Assembly: GCA_031364845.1 (NCBI GenBank)
Contig: JANLWX010000028.1
Coordinates: 5,346-69,345 of the forward strand
Source: Candidatus Eiseniibacteriota bacterium
GTDB lineage: Bacteria; Eisenbacteria; RBG-16-71-46
DNA: 64,000 bases
Direction: 5' to 3'
The notes under the pieces were generated by a model. It ran no database searches. It saw only the letters and a program-made list of their open reading frames with translations, and was not told the DNA's origin. This document shows, piece after piece, positions 9,205 to 18,937 of this stretch. Position 1 is the first letter of the stretch; each line of letters starts with the position of its first letter. Made by a program: the position numbers and the translations under genes.

Positions 9205-10788
9205 ATGAAACGGCACATACTGTTCCTGAGCGCGCTGCTGATGCTCGGGGCATCGAGCGCGAACGCGATCACCACCGAAGCGCTGTTGGACTCGGTCCAG
9301 CACGCCTCGTTCCGGTACTGCTGGTATCAAGCCAATCCCGCCAATGGTCTGGTCCGCGACCGCAGCCAGTCGGGCTCCCCGGCGAGCACCGCGGCGGTCG
9401 GCTTCGCCCTTTCTGCGATCACGGTTGGAATCGATCACGAGTGGATCACGCGTGAGCAGGGACGCGACCGGGTGAGGACCACGCTCGAGACGCTGTGGAG
9501 CAAGCCGCAAGGCACCGGCGTGAGCGGATTCATCGGGTACAAGGGTCTGTTCTATCACTGGCTCGACATGAACACCGCGCTGAGGATGTGGAACTCGGAA
9601 GTATCCACGATCGACACCGGGCTCCTGTTCGCGGGCATCCTGCAGGCGCGTGAATACTTCACGGGCACCGACACGACGGAGACCCGGATCCGCGCGCTCG
9701 CCGATTCGATCACCTATCGAGCGGACTGGAAGTTCATGCAGAACTCGGGTTCTCCGCTCAAGCATGGGTGGACTCCGGAATCGGGATTCATCGTCTACAA
9801 CTGGACGGGCTACAACGAAGCCATGGTCATGTACGTCATTGCCATGGGATCGCCGACTCATCCGCCCACCAACGGCAGTCCCTGGACGAGTTGGACCAGC
9901 ACCTACTCGTGGCAGACCCACTACGGCCAGTCGTACGTGAACTTCCCGCCGCTGTTCGGCCACCAGTATTCGCACTGCTGGATCGACTTCCGCTACATCA
10001 ACGACGCGTACATGACGAATCGCGGCATCACGTACTTCGAGAACTCGCGCCGCGCCACGCTCGCCCAGCGTTCGTACGCGATCGCGAACCCGAACTTCAA
10101 GATCGGCTACAGCGACAGCCTGTGGGGGCTGACCGCGAGCGACGGCCCCGGCAACTCCTACAACGCGCGCGGCGCGCCGCCCGCGCAGAACGACGATGGA
10201 ACCATCACGCCGACGGCACCGCTGAGTTCGATACCCTTCGCGCCCGAAGCCACGATCCCGGTGATGCACAAGCTGTGGAACACCTATAAGACGCAGTTGT
10301 GGGGGCCTTACGGTTTCCGCGACGCGATGAGTCTCCAGGCGAACCCCGACTGGTTCGACCCCGACTATCTCGGCATCGATCAGGGGCCGATCGTGCTCAT
10401 GATCGAGAACTACCGCAACGGCTCGGTGTGGAATCGCTTCATGCTCAACCCGCAGGTGAAGGCGGGTCTTGCGGCGGCGGGATTCACGCGCACGGTGACC
10501 GGCGTCGAGCAGCCGCTGTTCGACGGCGCGGTCGAGTTGCTCGCGAACGAACCCAATCCGTTCCACGACGCGACCACGCTGCGATTCCGTCTCGGCCGTG
10601 AGAGTCACGTGCGCCTGACGGTGTTCGATGTGGGCGGGCGCGAGGTCGCGCGGGTCGCCGATCGCGTGTTCCCGGCGGGACTCCATCGGGTTCCGCTCGA
10701 AGGCGCGCGCCTGGGCAGCGGCATCTATTACACACGTCTCGAAGGTCAGGGCCGGACCGATGTCCGGAGAATCGTGTTGCTCCACTAG
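9205..10788 (+). CDS. GH144-like (DUF3131/glycoamylase-like) endo-beta-1,2-glucanase candidate with a T9SS type-A CTD
   Basis: Signal MKRHILFLSALLMLGASSANA. 'FRYCWYQANPANGLVRD', 'GFIGYKGLFYHWLDMNT', 'FGHQYSHCWIDFRYINDAYMT', 'FENSRRATLAQRSYAI' and 'YLGIDQGPIVLMIENYRNG' are typical of the GH144/DUF3131 family. C-terminus 'EPNPFHDATTLRF.L......L.VFDVGGREV...........G......G.YYTRL' is CTD-like. Confidence 0.8.
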   Translation: MKRHILFLSALLMLGASSANAITTEALLDSVQHASFRYCWYQANPANGLVRDRSQSGSPASTAAVGFALSAITVGIDHEWITREQGRDRVRTTLETLWSKPQGTGVSGFIGYKGLFYHWLDMNTALRMWNSEVSTIDTGLLFAGILQAREYFTGTDTTETRIRALADSITYRADWKFMQNSGSPLKHGWTPESGFIVYNWTGYNEAMVMYVIAMGSPTHPPTNGSPWTSWTSTYSWQTHYGQSYVNFPPLFGHQYSHCWIDFRYINDAYMTNRGITYFENSRRATLAQRSYAIANPNFKIGYSDSLWGLTASDGPGNSYNARGAPPAQNDDGTITPTAPLSSIPFAPEATIPVMHKLWNTYKTQLWGPYGFRDAMSLQANPDWFDPDYLGIDQGPIVLMIENYRNGSVWNRFMLNPQVKAGLAAAGFTRTVTGVEQPLFDGAVELLANEPNPFHDATTLRFRLGRESHVRLTVFDVGGREVARVADRVFPAGLHRVPLEGARLGSGIYYTRLEGQGRTDVRRIVLLH

Positions 10789-10841
10789 TGTCCGCGGGCC
10801 GCGGCGCGCGAGAACGTTCGAAGAGAGGACAAGGCCGACGC

Positions 10842-13800
10842 ATGCCAAAGATCGAGGCGGCGACCACGCTGCCTCGCGAGGACAACACGACCTCGCGGGG
10901 CAGTCTCGTCGTTTCGCCCGGTGCGATCCTCTCCAACGGGCGGCTCTCGGTTGCGATCACCGGACGCGGCACCGGTTTCACTTCTCACGGCGGGTCCCTG
11001 CTCACGCGCTGGGCCGGCGATCCGGTCGAGGACCGCGACGGCAGCTTCGTCTATCTGCGTGACCTCGACTCGCGTGAGGTGTGGACTGCGGGTACCGAGC
11101 CGCTAGCCGGTGTTCCCGACGCCTACGAATCCACGTGGCGCCCCGGCGTGTTCACGATCGAGCGGCGCGACCACGGCATCGAGACGAAGCTCGAAGTCGC
11201 CGTGATGCCGGACGCCGATGCCGAGGTGCGGCGCGTCACGTTGCGCAATCGCTCGCGTCGCGCGCGGCGCATCGAGATCACGAGCTTCGCGCCGGTCGTG
11301 ATTCACGACGCCGCGGCTGACGCCTCGCATCCGGCGTTCTCACGGTTGTTCGTCCAGACCGAATTCGACTCCTCAACGCGCGCGCTGGTCGTGTCCCGGC
11401 GGCCGCGGCATCCGGACGAGCAGCATCCGTGGCTGGTACACGTGATGACCGGCGCGGGCCGGCTCGAGCACGAAACCGACCGCGACCGCTTCATCGGCCG
11501 CGGCGGCACCACGGCAGCACCGCGCGCGCTTTCGTCGCGCGGGCGGCTTTCGGGAACCACCGGCAACGTGCTCGACCCGATCGTGAGCCTGCGGCGGGTC
11601 GTGAAGCTCGAGCCCGGCGGGATCGCGCACGTGTTCTTTGGGCTGGGTGCGGCGTTCGATCGCGAAGCCGCGCTGGAACTGGCGCGCGTGGTGCAGCGCG
11701 ACGCGGATGCGGCGTTCGACCTCGCGGAGCACGCGGAGGTTGCCCGGCTGGCACTCGCGGGCGTGACGCCCGCACTCGAAGAACGCCGGCAGGCGCTCGC
11801 GGTCGCGACGTTGTACGGGCGGTTCGTGGAATCCGTTGCCGGTAGGGTGGCGGCGGGCACGAAGCCCGTGTCCATCACCGATCAACTCCATGCGGCCGGG
11901 ACCGCGACCCCGTCGCCGAGCGTGAATCGCGTCCGCATCGCCGCGCACGCCACCGCGCACCACAACGGCGTCGCGCGGCTCCCCGCGCAGCGCTCCTCAC
12001 GCGCGACCTCGCGGCGGCGCACCGCGACGCCCGAGCCGCTCCAGTTCTGGAACGGCTACGGCGGGTTTTCGGCCGAAGGCACCGAGTATGTCATCCGACT
12101 CGCCCACCATAAGGAGCTTGGTCTCTCGCTGCCGCCGGCACCGTGGGTCAACGTGCTCGCGAACGAGAGCTTCGGTGCGCTCGTGAGCGAGACCGGCGCG
12201 GGATGCACGTGGAGCCGCAACAGCCGGGAGCATCGCCTGACGACGTGGTCCAACGACCCGCTGCTCGATCCGCACGGCGAGGCGCTCTACCTGCGCGACG
12301 AAGCGAGCGGCGAGTCGTGGTCGCCGCTGCCCGGTCCGCGACCCGCGGCCGCCGATTACGAAATGCGCCACGGTTTCGGCGTGAGCCGCTGCACCCATTC
12401 GAGCCACGGGCTCGAACAGGTGACCGAGATCTTCGTGCCTGCGCGCGAGCCGGTGAAGATCGTGCGCCTGCGGATCACGAATGCATCGGCGGCCCCGAGG
12501 CGCCTCGCGGTGTTCTCGTATCAACGGCTGGTGCTGGGATCGGACACCCGCGATCACGCGCGCACGGTGGAAGTCGAGCAGGACCGTGACTCAGGAATTC
12601 TGCTCGCGCGCAATCCCGCGTCGGGACCCTACGCCGGGGGCATCGCGTTCTCCACGGTCGTCGCATCCGGCGGCGTTTCTGCTTCGCACGTCACGCGCAA
12701 TCGCGAGGCGTTCCTCGGAGTGAACGGCAATCCGTCCGACCCCAGAGCGCTCCACGGTGGCACGCTTCGCGATGTTCCGGCCGGCGGCGATCCGTGTTTC
12801 GCGCGGCAGATCGTGATCGAGATCGCGCCGTCGGCGGTGTTCGAATGCGCGTTCCTGCTCGGCGAGACGATGGATCTGTCGAGCGTGCGCGAACTCGTCG
12901 AGCGCCTGGGCACCGGGGGTGCGATCGAAGCCGCGCTGCTCGCAACCCGCGAAGTGTGGGCCGAGCGCGTCTCGGCGGTCGCGATCCGCACGCCGCGCCC
13001 GGCGATCGATCTGATGGTGAACGGCTGGCTCGCCTACCAGACGCTCGCGTGCCGGCTGTGGGGGCGCACCGCGTTCTACCAGTCGGGCGGAGCGCTCGGG
13101 TTCCGCGACCAGCTCCAGGACGCGGCGTCGCTGCTCATGTGGTCGCCCGGTATTTTGCGCGAGCAGATCCTGACGCACGCCAGCCACCAGTTCGTGGAAG
13201 GCGACGTGCTCCACTGGTGGCACCCGCCCGATGCGCGCGGGATTCGCACGCGCTTCGCCGACGATTTGCTGTGGCTGCCGTGGCTCACCGCCGGATATGT
13301 CACGGCCACCGGCGATGCGGCGGTATTGGACGAGCAGACGCGCTATGTCACTGCCCGCGCACTCGAGGACGGCGAGGACGAAGCATTTCTCGTCCCCGAG
13401 GATTCCGGTGAGAGCGGTGATGTCTACGAGCACTGCTGCCGGGCGATCGACCGATCGCTCGCGACCGGTATCCACGGCCTGCCGCTGTTCGGCACCGGTG
13501 ACTGGAACGACGGCATGAATCGCGTGGGCCGCGAAGGCCGCGGCGAAAGCGTGTGGATGGGCTTCTTCCTCTACACCGTGCTTGGCGAGTTCCTCGCGCT
13601 GTGCGAACGGCGCGCCGACCGCGCGCGGATCGAGCGCTATGTCGCGCATCGTGAACATCTGAAGACCGCGCTCAACGATGCCGGATGGGACGGCGGCTGG
13701 TACCGGCGCGGCTACTACGACGACGGCACCGCGCTCGGCACGAAGGACGGCGACGAGTGCCGCATCGACGCGCTGGCTCAGGCGTGGGCGGTGTTGTCGG

Positions 13801-14483
13801 GCGCGGCACCGAAGGCGCGCGCCCGGCGCGCGATCGACGCGGTGGAGCAACGCCTCGTGAGCGAGCGCCAGCAGTTGATCAAGCTGCTCGATCCGCCGTT
13901 CGAGCACACGCCGCACGATCCCGGCTACATCAAGGGTTACGTGCCCGGCGTGCGCGAGAACGGCGGGCAGTACACGCATGCCGCGCTGTGGGTGGTGCGG
14001 GCGGTCGCCGAACTCGGACGTAACGATCGCGCGGCAGCCCTGCTCGAGATGCTGAGTCCGGTCCGTCACACGCGCACGCGCGCGCAGGCGGATCAGTATC
14101 GTGTGGAGCCGTACGTGATCGCCGCCGACGTGTACGGCGCGGCACCTCACGTCGGACGGGGAGGCTGGACGTGGTACACGGGATCGGCGGGATGGATGCT
14201 GCGGGTCACGCTGGAGTCGGTGCTCGGCGTGAGGCTCGAACAGGGAAGGACGCTCACGATCGCGCCGTGCGTTCCCGATCAGTGGCCGGGCTTCGACGTG
14301 CGCTGGACGGTGCCGGGCGAGTCGACGGTCTACGAGATCGTGGTGCGGAATCCGAAGCGCCGCGCGCGGCGGGTGGTGACGGCCAAGGTGGACGGACAGC
14401 GCGCGGCAGTCGTCCGCGGCGTGGCACGGATTGCGATCGAACACGATCAACGCGCCCATCGCATCGACGTGGTGCTGGGTTGA
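10842..14483 (+). CDS. GH94 glycoside phosphorylase (1,2-beta-oligoglucan phosphorylase / cellobiose-phosphorylase superfamily)
   Basis: ORF 10788-14483, ATG at 10842 (MPKIEAATT). Catalytic-domain motifs 'GWLAYQTLACRLWGRTAFYQSGGALGFRDQLQDAASL', 'GDVLHWWHPPDARGIRTRFADDLLWLPW' and 'GTGDWNDGMNRVGREGRGESVWMGFF' are GH94-like. Confidence 0.8.
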   Translation: MPKIEAATTLPREDNTTSRGSLVVSPGAILSNGRLSVAITGRGTGFTSHGGSLLTRWAGDPVEDRDGSFVYLRDLDSREVWTAGTEPLAGVPDAYESTWRPGVFTIERRDHGIETKLEVAVMPDADAEVRRVTLRNRSRRARRIEITSFAPVVIHDAAADASHPAFSRLFVQTEFDSSTRALVVSRRPRHPDEQHPWLVHVMTGAGRLEHETDRDRFIGRGGTTAAPRALSSRGRLSGTTGNVLDPIVSLRRVVKLEPGGIAHVFFGLGAAFDREAALELARVVQRDADAAFDLAEHAEVARLALAGVTPALEERRQALAVATLYGRFVESVAGRVAAGTKPVSITDQLHAAGTATPSPSVNRVRIAAHATAHHNGVARLPAQRSSRATSRRRTATPEPLQFWNGYGGFSAEGTEYVIRLAHHKELGLSLPPAPWVNVLANESFGALVSETGAGCTWSRNSREHRLTTWSNDPLLDPHGEALYLRDEASGESWSPLPGPRPAAADYEMRHGFGVSRCTHSSHGLEQVTEIFVPAREPVKIVRLRITNASAAPRRLAVFSYQRLVLGSDTRDHARTVEVEQDRDSGILLARNPASGPYAGGIAFSTVVASGGVSASHVTRNREAFLGVNGNPSDPRALHGGTLRDVPAGGDPCFARQIVIEIAPSAVFECAFLLGETMDLSSVRELVERLGTGGAIEAALLATREVWAERVSAVAIRTPRPAIDLMVNGWLAYQTLACRLWGRTAFYQSGGALGFRDQLQDAASLLMWSPGILREQILTHASHQFVEGDVLHWWHPPDARGIRTRFADDLLWLPWLTAGYVTATGDAAVLDEQTRYVTARALEDGEDEAFLVPEDSGESGDVYEHCCRAIDRSLATGIHGLPLFGTGDWNDGMNRVGREGRGESVWMGFFLYTVLGEFLALCERRADRARIERYVAHREHLKTALNDAGWDGGWYRRGYYDDGTALGTKDGDECRIDALAQAWAVLSGAAPKARARRAIDAVEQRLVSERQQLIKLLDPPFEHTPHDPGYIKGYVPGVRENGGQYTHAALWVVRAVAELGRNDRAAALLEMLSPVRHTRTRAQADQYRVEPYVIAADVYGAAPHVGRGGWTWYTGSAGWMLRVTLESVLGVRLEQGRTLTIAPCVPDQWPGFDVRWTVPGESTVYEIVVRNPKRRARRVVTAKVDGQRAAVVRGVARIAIEHDQRAHRIDVVLG

Positions 14484-15934
14484 GATCGATCGTCACGCGG
14501 CCGGCGTGGGTACTGCTCGCGCTGTTCGCGATCGCGACGGCGTCGTGCTCGTCGACCGCAACGCGAGCCGTCGCAACCGCGACCGCACCGCGCCACTCGG
14601 CGCGCGAAACCGCGTTCCTCGACACGCTCGAACACCGCACGTTCCGGTTCTTCTGGGAGCAGAGCGACTCGGTGACCGGCATGGCGCCCGATCGCTGGCC
14701 GACGCGCTCGTTCGTGAGCGTGGGTGCGGTCGGCTTCGCGCTCACCGCGTACCCGATCGGTGCCGAGCGCGGCTGGGTGCCGCGTGCGGCGGCGGTCGAA
14801 CGCACGGCGCGCACGTTGCGCTGGTTCTGGGCCGCGCGCCAGGACACCGCCGCCCAGGGTGCGACCGGCTATCGCGGGTTCTACTACCACTTCCTGCACC
14901 CGACCACCGGCACACGCTTCGAGACGGTCGAACTGTCGACCATGGACACGGCACTGCTGCTCGCGGGGGCGCTGTTCTGCCAGTCGTATTTCGATCGCCC
15001 CGGGCCCGCCGAAGCCGAAGTGCGCGCGCTCGCCGATTCGATCTACCGCCGCGTCGACTGGCGCTGGGCGCAGGTGCGTCCGCCCACGATCGCGCTCGGA
15101 TGGAATCCCGAAGGCGGACACCTGCCGTACGACTGGCGCGGCTACAACGAGACGATGCTGCTGCACATCCTCGCACTCGGATCGCCGACGCACCCGGTCG
15201 GGCCCGACACGTGGCGCTCATACACCAGCGCCTATCGTTTCGGCACCTACCAGGGACAGGAGCATCTCGGTTTCGCGCCGCTGTTCGGACATCAGTACTC
15301 GCACGTGTGGATCGACTTCCGCGGCATCCGCGACAGCGTGATGCGGGCGCACGATCTCGACTACTTCGAGAACTCGCGGCGCGCCACACTCGCGCAGCGC
15401 GCGTACGCGATCGAAAATCCTTCGGGCTGGGCCGGTTATGGCGCGAATCTGTGGGGGCTCACCGCGTGCGATGGTCCGGTCGAGAAGGCGATGACGATCG
15501 ACGGGCGCGCGCGGCAGTTCCACACCTACTGGGCGCGCGGCGCGTCGTTCACCGAGGTGAACGACGACGGAACGCTGTCGCCGACCGCGGCGGGCGGATC
15601 GATTCCGTTCGCGCCCGAGATCGCGATCCCCGCGCTGATGACGATGCGCGAGCGCTTCGGCGCCCACGTGTTCGGCGAGTACGGATTCGTCGACGCGTTC
15701 AACCCCACGCTGCGCGAGGCGATCCCCGTGCAGCACGGCCGCGTCGTGCCGGATGTGGGCTGGTTCGACACCGATTACCTCGGCATCGATCAGGGACCGA
15801 TCCTCGCGATGGCCGAGAATCATCGCACGCAGCTGGTGTGGCGCACACTGCGGAAGAATCCGCACATCGTGCGCGGCCTGCGCGCGGCGGGCTTCACCGG
15901 CGGCTGGCTCGACGGAGCGCCGGTCGCGCGATGA
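14480..15934 (+). CDS. GH144-like (DUF3131) lipoprotein, second paralog
   Basis: Frame of ORF 14171-15934. The only sensible start is TTG 14480 (overlaps the GH94 stop as TTGA), giving MRSIVTRPAWVLLALFAIATASC (lipobox TASC). Shares the 'FGHQYSHVWIDFRGIRD', 'FENSRRATLAQRAYAI' and 'YLGIDQGPILAMAENHR' blocks with 9205-10788. Confidence 0.75.
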   Translation: MRSIVTRPAWVLLALFAIATASCSSTATRAVATATAPRHSARETAFLDTLEHRTFRFFWEQSDSVTGMAPDRWPTRSFVSVGAVGFALTAYPIGAERGWVPRAAAVERTARTLRWFWAARQDTAAQGATGYRGFYYHFLHPTTGTRFETVELSTMDTALLLAGALFCQSYFDRPGPAEAEVRALADSIYRRVDWRWAQVRPPTIALGWNPEGGHLPYDWRGYNETMLLHILALGSPTHPVGPDTWRSYTSAYRFGTYQGQEHLGFAPLFGHQYSHVWIDFRGIRDSVMRAHDLDYFENSRRATLAQRAYAIENPSGWAGYGANLWGLTACDGPVEKAMTIDGRARQFHTYWARGASFTEVNDDGTLSPTAAGGSIPFAPEIAIPALMTMRERFGAHVFGEYGFVDAFNPTLREAIPVQHGRVVPDVGWFDTDYLGIDQGPILAMAENHRTQLVWRTLRKNPHIVRGLRAAGFTGGWLDGAPVAR

Positions 15935-17223
15935 ACTCGCGCCTCAGGGATCTGTGCCTCGCCGCACTGCTCGCCCTCTCCGCCGCCGGCTGCAGCACGG
16001 CGCGCAGCGGCGAGCCGGTCACGCTCCGGTTCTGGGCGATGGGCCGCGAGGGTGAGGTCGTCGAGGAGCTGGTGCGCGACTTCGAGCGCGAGCAGCCCGG
16101 CATTCGCGTCGAGGTGCAGCAAATTCCGTGGGGTGCCGCGCATGAAAAGCTGCTCACATCCCATGTCGGCAACTCCACACCCGACGCGGGGCAGCTCGGC
16201 AACACGTGGATCTCCGAGTTCGTCGCGCTGCGGGCGATCGAGCCGCTCGCCGAATGGGTGCGCGGTTCGGCGGCGGTTCCCGAGAGCGCCTACTTCGCGG
16301 GCATCTGGGACACCAACGTCATCGACGGCACCGCGTACGGGATTCCGTGGTACGTGGACACGCGTCTGCTGTTCTATCGCAAGGACCTGCTCGCGCGCGC
16401 CGGCTACGCCTCGATGCCCGAGACGTGGGACGAGTGGCGCCGCGCGATGGAGGCCGTGAAGAAGCTCGGCGTCGGCCCTTACGCGATCTTCCTGCCGACC
16501 AACGAATACACGCCGTGGATCATCTTCGGCCTCCAGACCGGATCGGCGCTGCTCGCCGAGGACGGCACCCGCGGCGCGTTCTCGTCACCCGAGTACCGCC
16601 GCGCGATGGCGTTCACCATGGACCTGTTCGATCGCGGGCTCGCACCCAAGGTGCCCGGCGCTTCGATCGCCAATCTCTATCAGGAGTTCGAGCGCGGCAC
16701 GTTCGCCATGTACATCTCGGGGCCGTGGCAGCTCGGCGAATTCGCACGCCGCCTGCCGCCGGAAATGCAGTCGGCGTGGGACGTCGCACCGTTGCCCGGC
16801 CCCGATGGGCCCGGCGCCTCGGTCGCCGGCGGATCGAGCCTCGTGATGTTCCGCGGCTCCAGGCACAAGGCCGAAGCGTGGAAGCTGATCGAGTTCCTCT
16901 CGCGCCCCGAGCAGCAGGTGCGTTTCTTCCGGCTCACCGGCGACCTGCCGGCGCGTGTCGAAGCGTGGCGCGACACGGCACTCACCAACGACCGCCGCCT
17001 CGGCGCGTTCGAACGGCAACTGCGCCACGCAGTGTCGACGCCCAAGGTGCCGGAGTGGGAGCAGATCTCGGTCAAGCTCCAGGACCGCGTGGAATCGGTG
17101 GTGCTCGGCGGCACGCTTCCAGACTCGGCACTCGCCGCGCTCGACCGCGACGTCGACCGCATGCTCGAGAAGCGCCGCTGGCTCATGTCGCGGCGCCACG
17201 CCGCCGCCGCGGGGACGCGATGA
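15931..17223 (+). CDS. ABC transporter extracellular sugar-binding lipoprotein (family 1 SBP)
   Basis: ATG 15931 overlaps the upstream stop (ATGA). MNSRLRDLCLAALLALSAAGC lipobox. 'LRFWAMGREGEVVEELVRDFEREQPGIRVEVQQIPWGAAHEKLL' and 'GIPWYVDTRLLFYRKDLL' are typical of oligosaccharide SBPs. Confidence 0.85.
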   Translation: MNSRLRDLCLAALLALSAAGCSTARSGEPVTLRFWAMGREGEVVEELVRDFEREQPGIRVEVQQIPWGAAHEKLLTSHVGNSTPDAGQLGNTWISEFVALRAIEPLAEWVRGSAAVPESAYFAGIWDTNVIDGTAYGIPWYVDTRLLFYRKDLLARAGYASMPETWDEWRRAMEAVKKLGVGPYAIFLPTNEYTPWIIFGLQTGSALLAEDGTRGAFSSPEYRRAMAFTMDLFDRGLAPKVPGASIANLYQEFERGTFAMYISGPWQLGEFARRLPPEMQSAWDVAPLPGPDGPGASVAGGSSLVMFRGSRHKAEAWKLIEFLSRPEQQVRFFRLTGDLPARVEAWRDTALTNDRRLGAFERQLRHAVSTPKVPEWEQISVKLQDRVESVVLGGTLPDSALAALDRDVDRMLEKRRWLMSRRHAAAAGTR

Positions 17224-18119
17224 GTTCCGCCCAGCTCCCCAGCCGCACCCAGTCGCGCGCCGCGTGGTGGTTCCTTGCCCCCGCACTCGGGCTGATCACG
17301 GTGTTCTTCGCGGTGCCGGTCGTGATCGGCCTGTTCCTGAGCCTCACCGACTTCGATCTCTATGCGATCGGCGATCTGTCGAGCGTGCGCTTCCTCGGGC
17401 TCGGCAACTACGGGCAGGTGCTCGCGAATCCGCTGTTCTGGAAGGCGCTCGGCAACACGTTCTTCTACGTGATCGTCGGCGGACCGCTGTCGGTGGTCGC
17501 CTCGCTCGTGGCGGCGCTGCTCGTGAGCTCGCGCCTCGCGCGCTTCCAGGGCTTCTTCCGCTCGGTGTTCTTCGTGCCGGTCGTCACCACGCTGGTCGCG
17601 GTGTCGATCGTGTGGCGCTACCTCTACCATCCGCAGTACGGCCTGATCGACGGACTGCTGCGCGCGATCGGCATCGCGCCGATCGACTGGCTCGGCGATC
17701 CGCACTACGCGATGCCCGCGATCATCGTGCTCGCGGTGTGGAAGAACTTCGGCTACAACATGCTGATCTTCGTCGCCGGCCTGCAGAGCATCCCGGACGA
17801 TCTCTACGAAGCCGCTCGCCTCGACGGCGCCGGCGCGTGGCAGCAGTTCCGCCACATCACGGTGCCGGGACTCGGGCCCACGTTCCTGTTCGTCGGCGTG
17901 ATGACGATGCTCGGCCACTTCCAGTTGTTCTCCGAACCCTACGTGATGACGCAGGGTGGCCCGCTCAAGAGCACGCTGAGCGTGGTGCTGCTCATGTACG
18001 AGGAAGGGTTCCGCTGGTGGCGCATGGGTCTCGCCGCCGCGATCGCGTTCGTGCTGTTCGTGATCATGCTGATCGGAACCATGATCCAGATGCGCCTGCA
18101 GCGTTCGAGGGCCGCATGA
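17220..18119 (+). CDS. ABC sugar transporter permease (MalF/UgpA-like)
   Basis: ATGA overlap at 17220. Six TM segments and an EAA loop 'IPDDLYEAARLDGAGAWQQFRHITVP'. Confidence 0.9.
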   Translation: MSSAQLPSRTQSRAAWWFLAPALGLITVFFAVPVVIGLFLSLTDFDLYAIGDLSSVRFLGLGNYGQVLANPLFWKALGNTFFYVIVGGPLSVVASLVAALLVSSRLARFQGFFRSVFFVPVVTTLVAVSIVWRYLYHPQYGLIDGLLRAIGIAPIDWLGDPHYAMPAIIVLAVWKNFGYNMLIFVAGLQSIPDDLYEAARLDGAGAWQQFRHITVPGLGPTFLFVGVMTMLGHFQLFSEPYVMTQGGPLKSTLSVVLLMYEEGFRWWRMGLAAAIAFVLFVIMLIGTMIQMRLQRSRAA

Positions 18120-18937
18120 AGCGCGCGATGCCGTCCCTGTTCGTCCACGTCGCGCTGGTGATCGGCGCGCTGCTCACGATGACGCCGCTGCTGTGGATGG
18201 TGTCGGCGTCGTTCATGCCGCCGGGCGAGGCGAACACGTTTCCGCCGCGGCTGTTCCCGAGCGTCGCGACCCCCGAGCACTACGTCGCGCTGTTCACGCG
18301 GCTCAACTTGGCGCGCACGCTGATGAACAGCATGATCGTCGCGATCGGCGCGACCGCGATCTCGGTGCTCGTCAACGGGCTCGCGGGCTATGCGTTCGCC
18401 AAGCTGCATTTCGGCGCCCGCGACCGGCTGTTCCGGATCCTGCTCGCGGCACTCGTGATCCCCGGGCAGGTCGGCATGCTGCCTCTGTTCCTGATGCTCC
18501 AGAAGATGGGGCTCGTGAACACGCTGTGGGGCGTGATGATTCCCGGCCTCGCGAGCATCTTCGGAATCTTCATGGTGCGCCAGTACGCGACCAGCATCCC
18601 CGACGAGCTGCTCGACGCGGCGCGCGTCGACGGCGCGAGCGAGTTCCGGATCTACTGGACGATCGTGATGCCGCTGCTGCGCCCGATCCTCGTGACCCTG
18701 GCCGCGTTCACGTTCCTCTCGATGTGGAACGACTTCATGTGGCCGCTGATCATCCTGAGCGACGAGCGCAAGTACACGCTGCCGGTGGCGCTCGCGAATC
18801 TCGTGGGCGAACACGTGCAGGACACCGAGCTCATGATGGCGGGCTCGATGCTGACGGTGCTGCCGGTGCTGATCGTGTTCCTGGTGCTCCAGCGCTGGTA
18901 TCTGCGCGGCGTGATGATGGGGGCGGTCAAGGGATGA
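18116..18937 (+). CDS. ABC sugar transporter permease (MalG/UgpE-like)
   Basis: ATGA overlap at 18116. 'IPDELLDAARVDGASEFRIYWTIVMPLLRP' EAA motif. Confidence 0.9.
   Translation: MKRAMPSLFVHVALVIGALLTMTPLLWMVSASFMPPGEANTFPPRLFPSVATPEHYVALFTRLNLARTLMNSMIVAIGATAISVLVNGLAGYAFAKLHFGARDRLFRILLAALVIPGQVGMLPLFLMLQKMGLVNTLWGVMIPGLASIFGIFMVRQYATSIPDELLDAARVDGASEFRIYWTIVMPLLRPILVTLAAFTFLSMWNDFMWPLIILSDERKYTLPVALANLVGEHVQDTELMMAGSMLTVLPVLIVFLVLQRWYLRGVMMGAVKG

Noticed and set aside
12591-14459. 622-aa minus-strand ORF
   Set aside because: Antisense to the GH94 gene. Low-complexity R/A/G composition.
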